Counted from the first letter of the stretch, positions 30,646 to 43,824 are shown. The stretch is 64,000 nt of DNA from Octopus vulgaris (GCA_951406725.2 OX597837.1:9672001-9736000); one strand, 5' to 3'. Notes: generated by a model from the sequence alone, not told the origin. Numbers and translations are program-made.

Positions 30646-30865
30646 TATGTGTTTGTGTGCCTGTGTTTGACCCCCCAACATCACTTGACAACCGATGCTG
30701 GTGTGTTTAAATCCCCGTACCTTAGCGGTTCGGCAAAAGAGACCGATAGAATAAGTACTGGGCTTACAAAGAATAAGTCCCGGGGTCGAGTTGCTCGATT
30801 AAAGGTGGTGCTCCAGCATGGCCGCAGTCAAATGACTGAAACAAGTAAAAGAGTAAAGAGTAAAG
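30440..30865 (+). mobile_element. Full-length SINE family A with internal (TA)/(TG) microsatellite
   Basis: GCGCAGGAGTGGCTGTGTGGTAAG (A box) ... GGTTCAGTCCC (B box), then CCTTGGGCAAGTGTCTT. Other copies or fragments: 32846-33180(-), 37425-37630(-), 40548-40712(+), 41555-41685(+), 42625-42760(+), 43880-44085(-), 50150-50500(-), 53429-53560(+), 54258-54612(-), 55255-55395(+). Confidence 0.92.
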
Positions 30866-30866
30866 A

Positions 30867-30914
<48 letters not shown>

Positions 30915-30944
30915 GTGTGTGTGTGTCTGTGTCTGTTTGTATAT

Positions 30945-31158
30945 TTCTTTATTGCCCGCAGGGGGCCAAACAAGGACAGACAACGGGTTTAAGCCGATTA
31001 CATCGAAACCAGTGCGTAACTGGTATCTATTTAATCGACACCGAAAGGATGAATGGCAAAGTCGACCTTTGTGGAGTTGGAACTCAGAACGTAACGCTGG
31101 ACGAAATACCGCTTAGTATTTCGCCCGACTTGCTAACGATTCTGCCAGCTCGCCGCCT
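30945..31158 (-). mobile_element. SINE family B with tail
   Basis: Reverse complement of 18493-18726. Further copies at 35698-35868(+), 45850-46030(+), 46520-46640(-), 46890-47270(-), 54048-54250(+), 61005-61220(-) and 63935-64000(-, tail). Confidence 0.88.
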
Positions 31159-32013
31159 TGTATGCATGTATGTTGCTCAAGTACGCAACGCACCGTTCGA
31201 TCCCGGAATGGAAACCACCATCTAGAGATAGTGAGTGCAATTCCCTAACCACTGGGCCTCACGCCTTTACTAACTTAAGGTGTGGCTATCGAAAATGTCT
31301 ACGTCCAGAGTGATGAGAACTCTACCCATAATGCGGAGGTGGGGTAGCATAATCATACAGATTCGGATTTCAGACGAACAAAAGCCGTTATAGTAGACAG
31401 CTACTGATTAACAGAGGTTTGGTAATTAAAGCAATTGACCGTCTGTTTGTCGTCTTCTTTTCTTGTTGTTTTTTTTTCTTTTTTTCTTTTTTTTTTCATG
31501 CTTCTCATGTGAATAAATACGACGTCTAATAACTAATTAAGCCACTATTAAACACAAAGAGAAACCAAAAAAAAAACAAAAAACAAAAAAAAAAACGTCT
31601 CACCAAACTTTATTTATAAACCATCTGAATCGCTAAAACAAATAAACAAGATGGAAAGAAATGCATTATATTTTCATTAGCCATTGATCGGTTGAACACA
31701 AAACAGCTTTCTCGGATATAATTCCTGAAACTTTTTTTTTATCATCATCAACACACACGACACACTACAAATTCAACATAACACAATATATGATACTGTG
31801 TTATATACATACATATACACATATATATGTATGTGTGGCTAATGACAATGTGTGCGTATATATATATATATATATAGATAGATAGATAGATGTATATATA
31901 TGTATATATATATATATGTATATGTATATATATATGTATACGTATATATATATATAGAGAGATAGATATATGTATATATATGTATATGTATATATATATG
32001 TATACGTATATGT

Positions 32014-32054
<41 letters not shown>

Positions 32055-32204
32055 AATTAATGACTGAACACGAAAAAGTGGACAGTCAACATGCTAGATA
32101 TAGACGTCAAATCGCCATTCTCCACAAAAGATTATGTTCTCAAATCAAACTCAACACAAACCCAAGCAATAAACAAGTGAAAATATACGAAAAACAATAC
32201 TTAT

Positions 32205-32269
32205 CCATGTACTGAATCAGTTTCGACTATTATTATCCGTAAGGATACCTGTAGTCTTCGTCAGCATAA
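32205..32269 (-). ncRNA. Type I hammerhead ribozyme (canonical core)
   Basis: Minus strand TTATG-CTGACGA-A-GACTA(..TATCC ttac GGATA..)TAGTC-GAA-ACTG att CAGT-A-CATGG; all three stems pair, cleavage triplet GUA. Confidence 0.8.
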
Positions 32270-32378
32270 CTTTTTCGTGTTCAGTCCTTAATTGGTATAT
32301 ATAAATATTTAATCTTCGGATTCTTTTTAATATGCTAGACCACTGATTTTAATTGATAAATATTGATTTCTACCCTTA

Positions 32379-32417
<39 letters not shown>

Positions 32418-32584
32418 TCAACACACACAACACACTACAAATTCAACATAACACAATATATGATACTGTGTTATATACATACATATACATATATATATGT
32501 ATGTGTGGCTAATGAAAATGTGTGTGTATATATATGTGAGTGTGTGTGTGTGTATGTGTGTATGTATATATATATGTATGTAGT

Positions 32585-32775
32585 CGCCATGATAGATCGT
32601 TAGCCACTACACACATTTTTTCCTCTCCTTGTTTTTTTCTGTGTCCCTTTCAGTAGAAGAGCGTAGGCTCGAAACGTAAAAGACTTTTTCTATTCCTGAG
32701 CGTTATACTAATACATCTGTTTGTTTTCTACACCACCTGTCTTCGTCTTTTGTTTTCTTCGTAAACTCTCCCTAT
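32585..32775 (+). mobile_element. Short Penelope-like non-autonomous element with variant minimal hammerhead (32647-32682)
   Basis: CTTT-CAGTAGA-A-GAGC gtag GCTC-GAA-ACGT-A-AAAG; ends in (TA)n; its 3' ~70 bp recur at 33841-33915. Confidence 0.6.
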
Positions 32776-32847
<72 letters not shown>

Positions 32848-33458
32848 TCTTTTACTTGTTTCAGTCATTTGACTGTGGCCATGCTGGAACACCGCCTTTA
32901 GTGGAGCAAATTGTCTCCAGGACTTATTCTTTGAAAGCCAAGTACTTATTTTATTCGCCTCTTTTGCCGAACCGCTAAGTAAAGTTGTCACGCGATGTTG
33001 GAGGGACAAACACGCATACACATATATATATACATATACGTATATACGACGGGCTTCTTTTCAGTTTCCGTCTACCATATCCACTCACAAGGCTCGCCTG
33101 GGGTGCCACGCGGTGGGACTGAACCCGGAACTATGTGGTTCGTAAGCAAGCTATTTACCACACGGCCACTCCTATGCCTACGTGTTTATATATATATGTA
33201 TGCATATATATGAGTAACTTGTAGATAAATATTATTATTGTAGACCAGCGCTCAGCCTAGAAACTCGGAAAATAGTAGCTTGTGTTATTATCCTAGAGCT
33301 ATGTTTAAAAATTTACCACACTTCAGCAAAGTTCTGTATATTCTGCTAACATTTTCTGATTTATATTTATGAAAATATTATTCTGTCATTTAAACATAGG
33401 AGGACGTTTAATTACCAGCGGCAACATAAGTGCTTCTATTGTTGTGATATATACAGAC

Positions 33459-33508
<50 letters not shown>

Positions 33509-33585
33509 TTGTATGTATGTGTATATATATATATGCATATATATATATATACATATATATGTATATATGTGTGTGTGTGTTTGTG

Positions 33586-33625
<40 letters not shown>

Positions 33626-33749
33626 CATATATGTATGTGTATATTACCCATTATAACGATTTTCAGTAACAAATTTATCCCTCTAATCTGTTTTCTGTGT
33701 CTGCTTATGTGTATTCTACACCATATACACATATACACACACAAACACA

Positions 33750-33844
<95 letters not shown>

Positions 33845-34393
33845 TAATATATCTGTTTGTTTTGTACACCACTTGTCTTCGTCTTTTGTGTTTTTTTCGT
33901 AAACTCTCCCTATATATATATATATATTAGGGAGTGATATGTTACAATAAATATCTTAGTGGGATATAAAGAGTAGCGGTACGGAATGATAACATATATT
34001 TGCCAGGTAAGTGTGGTATCCTATGCACGACAGTGCTACTGTTGTTTATAGCCCTAGGAAGACATCTCCTCCAGCTGGCTAACGACACACAGTCTGTGCC
34101 CGATTAGTATTTGCGAGGGGGTGTCATCTCTCCCATCCCTGGTCTTACGTGATACACATACACAGTTGCATCTCAATATATAAACATGTGTGTGTATGTG
34201 CGTATATTGTACGTGCGTATATTGTACGTGCGTATATTGTACGTGCGTATATTGTATGTGCGTATAAACATGTGTGTGTATGTGCGTATATTGGTTTGGT
34301 GGAACAAACATAAAACTTAATACAGTGGCATATATCTATATTTCTACCTTATGTGCGTATATATATAATGTACCTTTATAAATATATATATAC

Positions 34394-34435
<42 letters not shown>

Positions 34436-34502
34436 ACCCACAAATATATGTGTGTGAGTCTATATATTCGTGTATATATATGCATGTATGTATCTGTTGT
34501 AT

Positions 34503-34560
<58 letters not shown>

Positions 34561-34563
34561 TTA

Positions 34564-34708
<145 letters not shown>

Positions 34709-34826
34709 AAGAAAGAAACACAGAGAGAGAGAGAGAGAGATTCAGATGAAAATGGTACTTAAGTTGAGGCACCAGAATTTAGTACGGTATCATTCATAAA
34801 ATTTCAGAATAAGGTGATTAAAATCG

Positions 34827-34998
34827 AAATAAGCAACAAGGAAATCCAGAGGTAATGCAGTACGATCGTTTCATGCGACTCCATTTAATTGAACAATGCA
34901 ACGATCGTACTGCAGTACGATCGTTGCATTGTTCAATTAAATGGAGTCGCATGAAACGATCGTACTGCATTACCTCTGGATTTCCTTGTTGCTTATTT
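34827..34998. repeat. Perfect 172-bp palindrome with no spacer
   Basis: 86-bp arms checked base by base; centre CTG|CAG at 34912/34913. Confidence 0.97.
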
Positions 34999-35055
34999 TT
35001 ATTATATATATGTGTATGTGTGTGTGTGTGTGTGTCTGTGTGTGTGTCTGTGTGT

Positions 35056-35113
<58 letters not shown>

Positions 35114-35572
35114 ACGTATGTATGTATATATGTGTGTGTAATGTTATCTGCATGGGTCTTCAGTACACTTTAGTTCAGAGTAAGTACTGCCAACTCACAA
35201 TGTCTGACTTCTATTGAATATCTATAGAGATATCATTAAAATAATATTTAAGCACCGTTAAGACACGCTGAGACAGTATTGTCTTAATACATCTATAATA
35301 CATTTAGTAATTCATTTCGGCTACAAAACAAAATACTGTTGCCTCATATTATGCGTGCGCGCGTTTGTGTGTGTGTATGTGTATGTGTGTGTCTTCGTTT
35401 CTAGAATAACAGTTTTGTAAGCATATCTCATACAGCTATATATAATAGCATGGAAAATATTTACATGAATGTTCTTTGTCGCTGGATGTGATGTGCTTCG
35501 AAAACCATTATTCATAACAAAAAAAAATATTATTTCACATTCTCCCGAACGCTCAGAAAGATTCTTATGACG

Positions 35573-35626
<54 letters not shown>

Positions 35627-35643
35627 GTACGTACATACACACA

Positions 35644-35698
<55 letters not shown>

Positions 35699-35897
35699 GT
35701 AGCCGTATTTCGTCTGTCGTTACGTTCCGAGTTCAAGTTCCGCCGAGGTCGACTTTGCCTTTCATCCTTTCGGGGTCGATAAATTAAGTACCAGTTACGC
35801 ACTGTGGTCGATGTAATCAACTTAATCCCTTTGTCTGTCCTTGTTTGTCCCCTCTATGTTCAGCCCCTTATGACGTCATATATATATATAAGGAGGG

Positions 35898-35930
35898 CTT
35901 AACGTTTCGAGCGGAGCTCTTCGTCGGAAA
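35898..35930 (-). ncRNA. Minimal hammerhead-like motif with U4C core variant
   Basis: Minus strand TTT-CCGACGA-A-GAGC tcc GCTC-GAA-ACGT-T-AAG. A deleted relative with the same CCGACGAA core lies at ~30280-30340(+). Confidence 0.6.
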
Positions 35931-36039
35931 CAGGAGAAGGAAAGATCCATATACATACATATATATATACCCATTTTACCGTTGGTTTTTGTTTCTGTCA
36001 TTACACAACCACTTCTGACTCTTTCCAGATATGCGTGAA

Positions 36040-36420
36040 AAAGCCGAATCATTTTGCCTCATAAAAGTCCATCAAGCCGTAACTTTCTCCCAGCAGGATT
36101 TGACAACAGTCTTCAGCAGTGCCGGAATTGAGCCTAAGACCCTGCTCAAAGATCTGGAGTGATATGACGTCACCCTCACTGGAGATATAGCGAAAGGCCT
36201 TCTCCTTCTTGCAGGCACCGGCTTCGTAGTCTCCGTTGAAGCTGTCCATGTCACGTCTTATAGCCTTTACAGTGTTGAAAGAGCTTTGAACAGTTGGTTC
36301 CTGATGTCGAGATATAGATACCCTGTGCGAATCATAATGACACAGGTAATACTTCTCCAATATTCATATGGCTTCCAGTCCTCCTTGTAAGTAAGCTTTT
36401 TCTCAATTACAACGTTCATC
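36040..36420 (-). mobile_element. Internally deleted DD37D/Tc1-mariner transposase remnant
   Basis: ISSEGDVISLQIFEQGLRLNS and LLKTVVKSCWEKV parallel the DGDIIFPHGLRLN...VVLPxVKRMAAG segment at 13140-13260. Confidence 0.65.
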
Positions 36421-36580
36421 TTTATGCTCTCCAACGCCGTTGACTGTTCGCCAATACGTAAAGCTGTTCCTGACAAAAGAAAACACAAAGGTCGTTGGTT
36501 TTAGCCTGAACATCATATATAATGTACATATGTCTATGTATGTACGGATGTATGTATTTGTGTGTGTACCTGTCTGTCAT

Positions 36581-36673
<93 letters not shown>

Positions 36674-36759
36674 CAGACAGATATATATATAGATAGATAG
36701 ATAGTTATAAAGCACGATTTATTCGTGATCAGAGTAGTTCGAAAACCGAGGTTCTACTG

Positions 36760-36878
<119 letters not shown>

Positions 36879-37946
36879 GTGTGTATATATGTATATATAT
36901 ATATGTGTGTGTGTGTACACATATACACTCACACATATACACACACATATATATATATATGCATACTTATATATACATATATGCATTCACATATATACAT
37001 ACATATATGCAAACACACACAGACATATGTTTATATGTACGTATGCAAATGGGTTTGGTGGAGAGACGTGGGAAGTACAGTGATAACGAAATGCAAAAGG
37101 AGCGGAGATCTCAGTCATATAATTGTGTAATATCTTGAGGAATTAACTCAAAGACAGAAAATATTATGATTGGCATTTTAAGAAGAATCACGTTCTTTAA
37201 CAATTCCAAGCTTTACCTTGCTACGTAAGAGAAGAATAGACTAAATAAGAATTCTTCGGAAGAGGAATTGTTTTACAGTGTCGATTAGATGAAAAGGGAA
37301 TATTTTGAATGTAAATAAAAGCGTTAGGTCTTTGGCGTTGCAATAATTCTTTTAACGTGATTGCCAGCGGTAAGTTGTATTTAAATAAACATAAGAACAT
37401 AATCGTCCTTTTAACCGTTGGCTTTAATCTGTCTCAGTTATTGGAATGCGGCCATGCTAGGGCGCTGCTATGAAGTGCTCTGGTCGGTCCATTCTGCACC
37501 AGTGTTTACTTTTATGTCTGAAATTTGGTATTTATTCAATCAGTCATCTTTTGCCGATCCGCTAAGGTACAGTTTCATAAAGAAGCCAATACTGGTTGCC
37601 AAGCAGTGCTGGAGAACAAATACAAACACAAAAACATGCACATATAGATATATACACGCGCACACACAGGTATATATATATACATATGTGTGTCTGTGCA
37701 TGTGTGTGTACACACACATATATATACACACACATGTATATACACACATATATGTGTATGTATCACATATTTATATATATATATACATACATACATGTGT
37801 ATGTATCATATATATATATATATATATACATATATACACATATATATATATGTGTGTATATAGACATATACATATATGTACATATATATACATATATATG
37901 CTCATATACATATATATATGTATATGAGCATATATATGTATATATA

Positions 37947-37999
<53 letters not shown>

Positions 38000-38039
38000 G
38001 CAAAAACATATGCATACATATATATACAAACACACACAT

Positions 38040-38110
<71 letters not shown>

Positions 38111-38599
38111 CGATACGTGCTAACCGAACACCGACAATGGCAGGCATATGAAAGAATAGTCCCAACATTTCTTCTGCGTGGCGTAAAAGGCGCCCAAAAG
38201 AACTTGTGGTCAGATTTGCACTCCGACTTCGTAAAATTCTCACCAGTAATGACGAGCCAAACAGGCCTATGGGTCCTACTGTTGTCGCCTGGGTGATACA
38301 AAGATGTCATCCACCAAAAGTAGAGGAACACGAACAAATGGCGGATGCAGCGACATGCTATTACTCCGCATGGCCTCATACTACTACTATATCGGCTGAC
38401 GGAATAATCGTCCGCACCATATCCCAACGGCTTTTCGCGATATCACTCATTGTTTGGCCATTATTATACTACAATCAGTTCGACTTATTTTCGTTCTAGC
38501 ATTCCTTGCAAAGCAGGCTTCCACTGATGATCCGCATGAAGGCTGAAATGATACGATACGGTACATCCATCCTTTAATGCAGTCGATTATTTCGTCAGC

Positions 38600-38765
38600 T
38601 TGCTTAGACATCCTTCAAGTCTTCCTCTGGTTTTTTAATTACATTTTCAAATATGCTTTCCTAAAGGTGTCCAGCCAAGTCGAAACATGTCGTGTGTTGT
38701 CACCTTCCACTGCACATCACCGCTTTATTTGTAGAAAAAGGAACTTTTGTTGTTCTCTAATATAC
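38600..38765 (+). mobile_element. Short dispersed element with degenerate hammerhead; second copy at 44140-44328
   Basis: The two copies are clearly homologous. Motif CTAAAG(G/A)T-GTCC..GTC-GAA-ACATGT-C at 38661-38691 and 44197-44227. Confidence 0.6.
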
Positions 38766-39341
38766 GTATCTCCTCAATTCGAAATACTATCACAAGACGT
38801 TTACAGCAGTTCAAGGCGTTCTTAACAAACACATCCAAATTAGGCAAAATGTGTTAATTATTATTCGTTACAAACACTGTTAATGTTGTTAATTGCTAAG
38901 CTGTTCTTTATGGCATATTTGTAATTTGTAAAAGAGGGGTCTTTTGCCTCACTCTTCACCCTTTCTGGGTAAATACATTCTTTCCTAACGTATCACTTCT
39001 ATTGAATCAGCTCAAGTCATGTCTCCCATTCTCACCAAAGAAATACGAAAAGGTGTTGTTAATAGTTCTGATGGTTTCCTTAGTGGTGGTGATGGTGGTG
39101 GTGGTGGTGGCGGTGGCGGTGGTGGTGGTGGTGGTGGTGGCGGTGGTAGTCGTGCTGTTTGTTTTTCATTTGTTTTTACTGCAAACTTATTGTCTTTCTC
39201 TTTTTTTCTTTGTTTTTTTTGCATTTTTTAAATCAATTTTTTATTCCTTTTTTTGTATTTTCCATTGTACAACTAAGTTTAAGCCTGTAGCTCTGTTTTT
39301 TTCTTTTCATTGTTTCTATGTTATGTAAGATCTTTATTACT

Positions 39342-39546
<205 letters not shown>

Positions 39547-39560
39547 CATCATCATCATCA

Positions 39561-39611
<51 letters not shown>

Positions 39612-39675
39612 TATTATTATTATTATTATCATCATCATCATCATTATTATTATTATTATTATTATCATATCATCA

Positions 39676-39706
<31 letters not shown>

Positions 39707-39714
39707 CATCATCA

Positions 39715-39775
<61 letters not shown>

Positions 39776-40331
39776 TTTATTTTTGTTTGAAGATAATTTG
39801 GGGTATGTGTGTTTACATAATTCAACCACAACCACCACCATCACCACCATCATCACCACCACCACCACCACCACCACCATGACTACCATTATCATTAATA
39901 CCACCACAACAGCCTTTGGCACCTCTTCCTCATATTTCTTAAGCGGCCATCTTTTGCAGCCTGTCTAAATGCTGTAAATAGCTAATTGCCCAAACATGCA
40001 AAAAAACACAGTTTAGAATATCTAAATTTTTACATTTCAGCTAAATCGGGTACTGGAAGATCTTGGCAAGTAGTCTAAGGCTTTTTTATTTGTAAAACTA
40101 GTGCTAGGAAGTTTTTTTTTTTATATCTTACATGTGGGGGAAAAAAACCTTTAAATTTGCTTTTTCGTGCAGCTCACTAAAATTACTCAGCCGTCTCTTG
40201 CACCTAGGATGGCGATGTATCAATGTCCGCTAACGCTTTCATTTATGTCTTAAGATGCCCAGCGCCATTGCCATTGTTGCCATCATCATCATCATCGTTT
40301 TCATTGTCGTCGTTATCATTGTCGTTATCAT

Positions 40332-40383
<52 letters not shown>

Positions 40384-40513
40384 GTTATCGTCATCACCAT
40401 CTTTATCATACCACCGCGATAACCACAACAATCACTGCCTCCTTCGCGCTGTTGTAGATGACAATGATGATGCCAGTTACTACTACTAGTAGTAGTATTA
40501 TTATTACTCTGTA

Positions 40514-40549
<36 letters not shown>

Positions 40550-41026
40550 CGTAGGAGTGGCTGTGTGGAAAGTAGCTTGCTTACCAACCACATGGTTCCG
40601 AGTTCAGTCCCACTGCGTGGCACCTTGGGCAAGTGTCTTCTACTATAGCCTCGAGCCGACCAAAGACTTGTGAGTGGATTTGGTAGACGGAAACTGAAAG
40701 AAGCCCGTCGTGTCTTTTCCTTTTTCTTTTTCTTTTTCTTTTCTATCCTTCTCCCTCGTTTCTCTTTCTTTCTTTTTTCTTTTTTCTTTTTCTTTTTCTT
40801 TTCCTACTTTCTTCTTCTTCTCCTTTTTCTTTTTCTTTTTTCCTTGTCTCTTTTCTTTTTTCTTTTATTTTATTTCTTTGCCCCACAAATAAATTCCTTC
40901 AGCTTTTAGAAATCTTAACATAGCAGTTTTGCACGGAGAGCAGTAATGTGGCAAATTACCTTATCATATAGCATGAAATGATTGTGGATTAACAATGGTT
41001 AAATTCATCGTCTGTGAGTATGAAAT

Positions 41027-41231
41027 TCCTCCTCATATCGCTGGAAATTTAAATCTTCACTACGGATTAATTCACCTTTTCTGTGAAGGTAATAAGCTTT
41101 TAAAAACCTGTGATAAGTCTGTGCATCATCCTCCTCATATCTCTGGAAATTTAAATCTACACTATGGATTAATTCATCTTCTCTTTGAAACTAATAAGCT
41201 TTTAAAAATCTGTGATAAGACTGTGCATCAT
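41027..41231. repeat. Tandem duplication of a ~102-bp unit
   Basis: TCCTCCTCATATC.CTGGAAATTTAAATCT...GTGCATCA occurs twice (~41027-41128 and ~41129-41231). Confidence 0.9.
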
Positions 41232-41345
41232 CATTAAGGAACTTTGGAAATCTGTTTGCAACCTATATCTGCCTTTAATGGAATTATCTCCAATATTTCA
41301 TGAATATAACCTCACCCACTAAGATGTTTGGAGAACTCATATGTA

Positions 41346-41436
41346 TTTTAGCTGATGAGTACGGGACACTTTTATCTGCTGCAATTTTTGCAACTTGTAA
41401 TAAAGCCTGTCTTTGTATGAAACAATTGTACTAAAA
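41346..41436 (+). ncRNA. Type I hammerhead ribozyme with extended stem II
   Basis: TTTTAG-CTGATGA-GTACGGGAC...GTCTTTGTAT-GAA-ACAATTGT-A-CTAAAA: perfect 6-bp stem I, palindromic stem III, GUA site; 10.1-11.1 pair is G-U rather than G-C. Confidence 0.8.
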
Positions 41437-41464
41437 ACTAATCCATTCGTGTTGCTTCTTTCTC

Positions 41465-41536
<72 letters not shown>

Positions 41537-41707
41537 GTGTATATGTTTGTGTGTCTGTGTTTGTCACCCCCAACATCGCTTGACAACCGATGCTGGTGTG
41601 TTTACGTCCCCGTAACTTAGCGCTTCGGCAAAAGAGTCCGATAGAATAAGTACTACGCTTACAACAAGTAAAAGAGTAAAAGAATATTGATAGATAGATA
41701 GATAGAT

Positions 41708-42039
41708 ATGTTTCTTTATTAGCCACACAGGACTGCACACAGACAGGACAAAATTACAAGGTAGAGCTTTTCTTTTGGGGGTAAAAGAAGTGGGTTTGGT
41801 TTTCGATCAAAAGGGATCGTAAATGGAAAGAAAGAGGACAAAATAAGGGGGGGGTATATAATTAAAAAAAAAGGTGGGGAAAGGAAAAAAATTTGATCAA
41901 TAGGGATCGTTATCACAGAAATGTCAATATGAAGTGTAAATGGGAGGACAGGTGAGGTTTACCCGTGGAAAGAAAAGCCTACGGAAAAGACCGCGGTAAC
42001 CTCGGTCAATGAAGTCATATGTTATATTTCTTTTTTTTT

Positions 42040-42040
<1 letters not shown>
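41708..42040 (-). mobile_element. 5'-truncated 3' UTR of the same Tx1-like LINE, flanked by (GATA)n
   Basis: Highly similar to 6181-6480; minus-strand terminus ...GTGTGGCTAATAAAGAAACAT-(ATCT)n. Confidence 0.8.
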
Positions 42041-42081
<41 letters not shown>

Positions 42082-42900
42082 TATAGATAGATAGATAGAT
42101 AGATGCATATATATTTGTGTGTGTGTATTTAATACGCAATAATCGATAGAGGCTTCTTCATCTTTGTCATCTCGTCATCATCACAGACATCAAATTGTTG
42201 TCATTTATCTCTTTCTCAAACAAAATCCCTCTTGCTACAGACATCTAATTATAGATTATTTAATCTGGTTGGAATTCTAGTCAGCCGCCTACCGCGGTCC
42301 TATAACAATGGAACATCAGAAACTATATACATTGATGGAAGAAAAATAGTTAAAACAACATCAAGAATACAATGGCTTTCTAAAAGCAAATTAAAATCTG
42401 TTAAAAGTATCATGTATTGTGTCTGCCGAATTATCCTTCAATGCAAACAGAAAAAAAAAACAAAGATGAAACAAATACAATTTCCTGTTTGTGGCAGAGA
42501 GGGAATAGCAGCCATGGTGAAGTATTTGGCTTAAATTATTTACAAATCCATTTACATACTATGTAAGTAGATTCTGAGTGTAAATCTCGCCAACATTCAT
42601 TTCAGTTTTATTTAGGTATTAATCAGTGGTTAAAAAGCCGACTTCGCAACCATGTCGTATTTAGCTCAGTCTCACAGCGCGTCGCATTTGGTAAGTGCCT
42701 TCTACTACAACACCAGACAAACTAATGTTTAATGAAGGAATTTGGTAGACAGAAGTGCCACATGAAAGTGTTGTTATTCGTCTCCATGTGGGATGAGAAT
42801 GCTTTGCTAGCTCACAAATAAAGGATATTCATCCATCAATGCATGGTTGAGAACAACTATCTATCTATTTATTTGTCTTTTTGTACATATATATATACAT

Positions 42901-42954
<54 letters not shown>

Positions 42955-43186
42955 ATTAATCACAAACCCGGTTTCATTGTTGCCTCTTATGTAATACTTA
43001 CGTAAATGGTTTGTGATTAATCTTTATATTTCGTATATTTTCATTTGTCTTGCTCGCTTAGGTTCTGGCGTTTGCTGAATTTTGTTGAGAACAATATGGG
43101 ATCTACCTCTAACATAATGGATTTCCACTTAGAGGTCATCCCTCTTATATGTATATATATATATATACATACGCGTATATATATAT

Positions 43187-43457
43187 ATATTGAAAGAAAA
43201 GAGAGAAAAATGGATGTATGAATAATTTATTAGTATGATATAAAGATGTTGAGTTTTTTTTTTAAAAAAAGAATAACAATACAAATAAATTATAAGTTGT
43301 AAAGCTAAAAAGAAACGTGGGATGGGTTGTAAAATTGAGCTTTACAGCTTATAAGCTATTTGTATTGTTATGCTTTTTTAAAAACATACAATATCTTTAT
43401 ATCATACAAATAACTTATTCATACATCCATTTTTCACCATTTTCTTTCTTTCAATAT
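43187..43457. repeat. Fold-back inverted repeat, ~120-bp arms (43187-43306 / 43338-43457)
   Basis: ~85% identity by eye, 31-nt spacer, starts at a (TA)n edge. Confidence 0.88.
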
Positions 43458-43572
43458 TAATAATATGTATTATTACAATAATCCCTAACATATCACCGAG
43501 ATTTTCACATTAAATTGTAGTGATTAACCAGTGGAATCTTTTAGATCATATAATCTCTAATATGGATCTAAC

Positions 43573-43614
<42 letters not shown>

Positions 43615-43774
43615 CAAATTATATAAGTTTTTATTATTATTTTTTTGCAATTTACTTAATCATTGACATTTTATTGTTATTTTAATTTTAAAATTTCTAT
43701 TATATGTAATTTTCTAGATGGTGTAATTTAATTGTTCATTTTGAATTGATAAAAGGTGGGGTTTTCCTAATTTT

Positions 43775-43824
<50 letters not shown>

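Noticed and set aside
31305-31410. GTGATGA...CTGA spacing like a C/D-box snoRNA
   Set aside because: No terminal stem and no recognisable rRNA or snRNA guide complementarity.
34196-34292. 15-bp tandem repeat (TGTACGTGCGTATAT) as a CRISPR-like array
   Set aside because: No spacers, eukaryotic context; a simple minisatellite.
38110-38500. Complex sequence containing YYYIG, suggestive of a Penelope GIY-YIG endonuclease remnant
   Set aside because: Only a three-residue match followed by a stop; no other motif recognisable.
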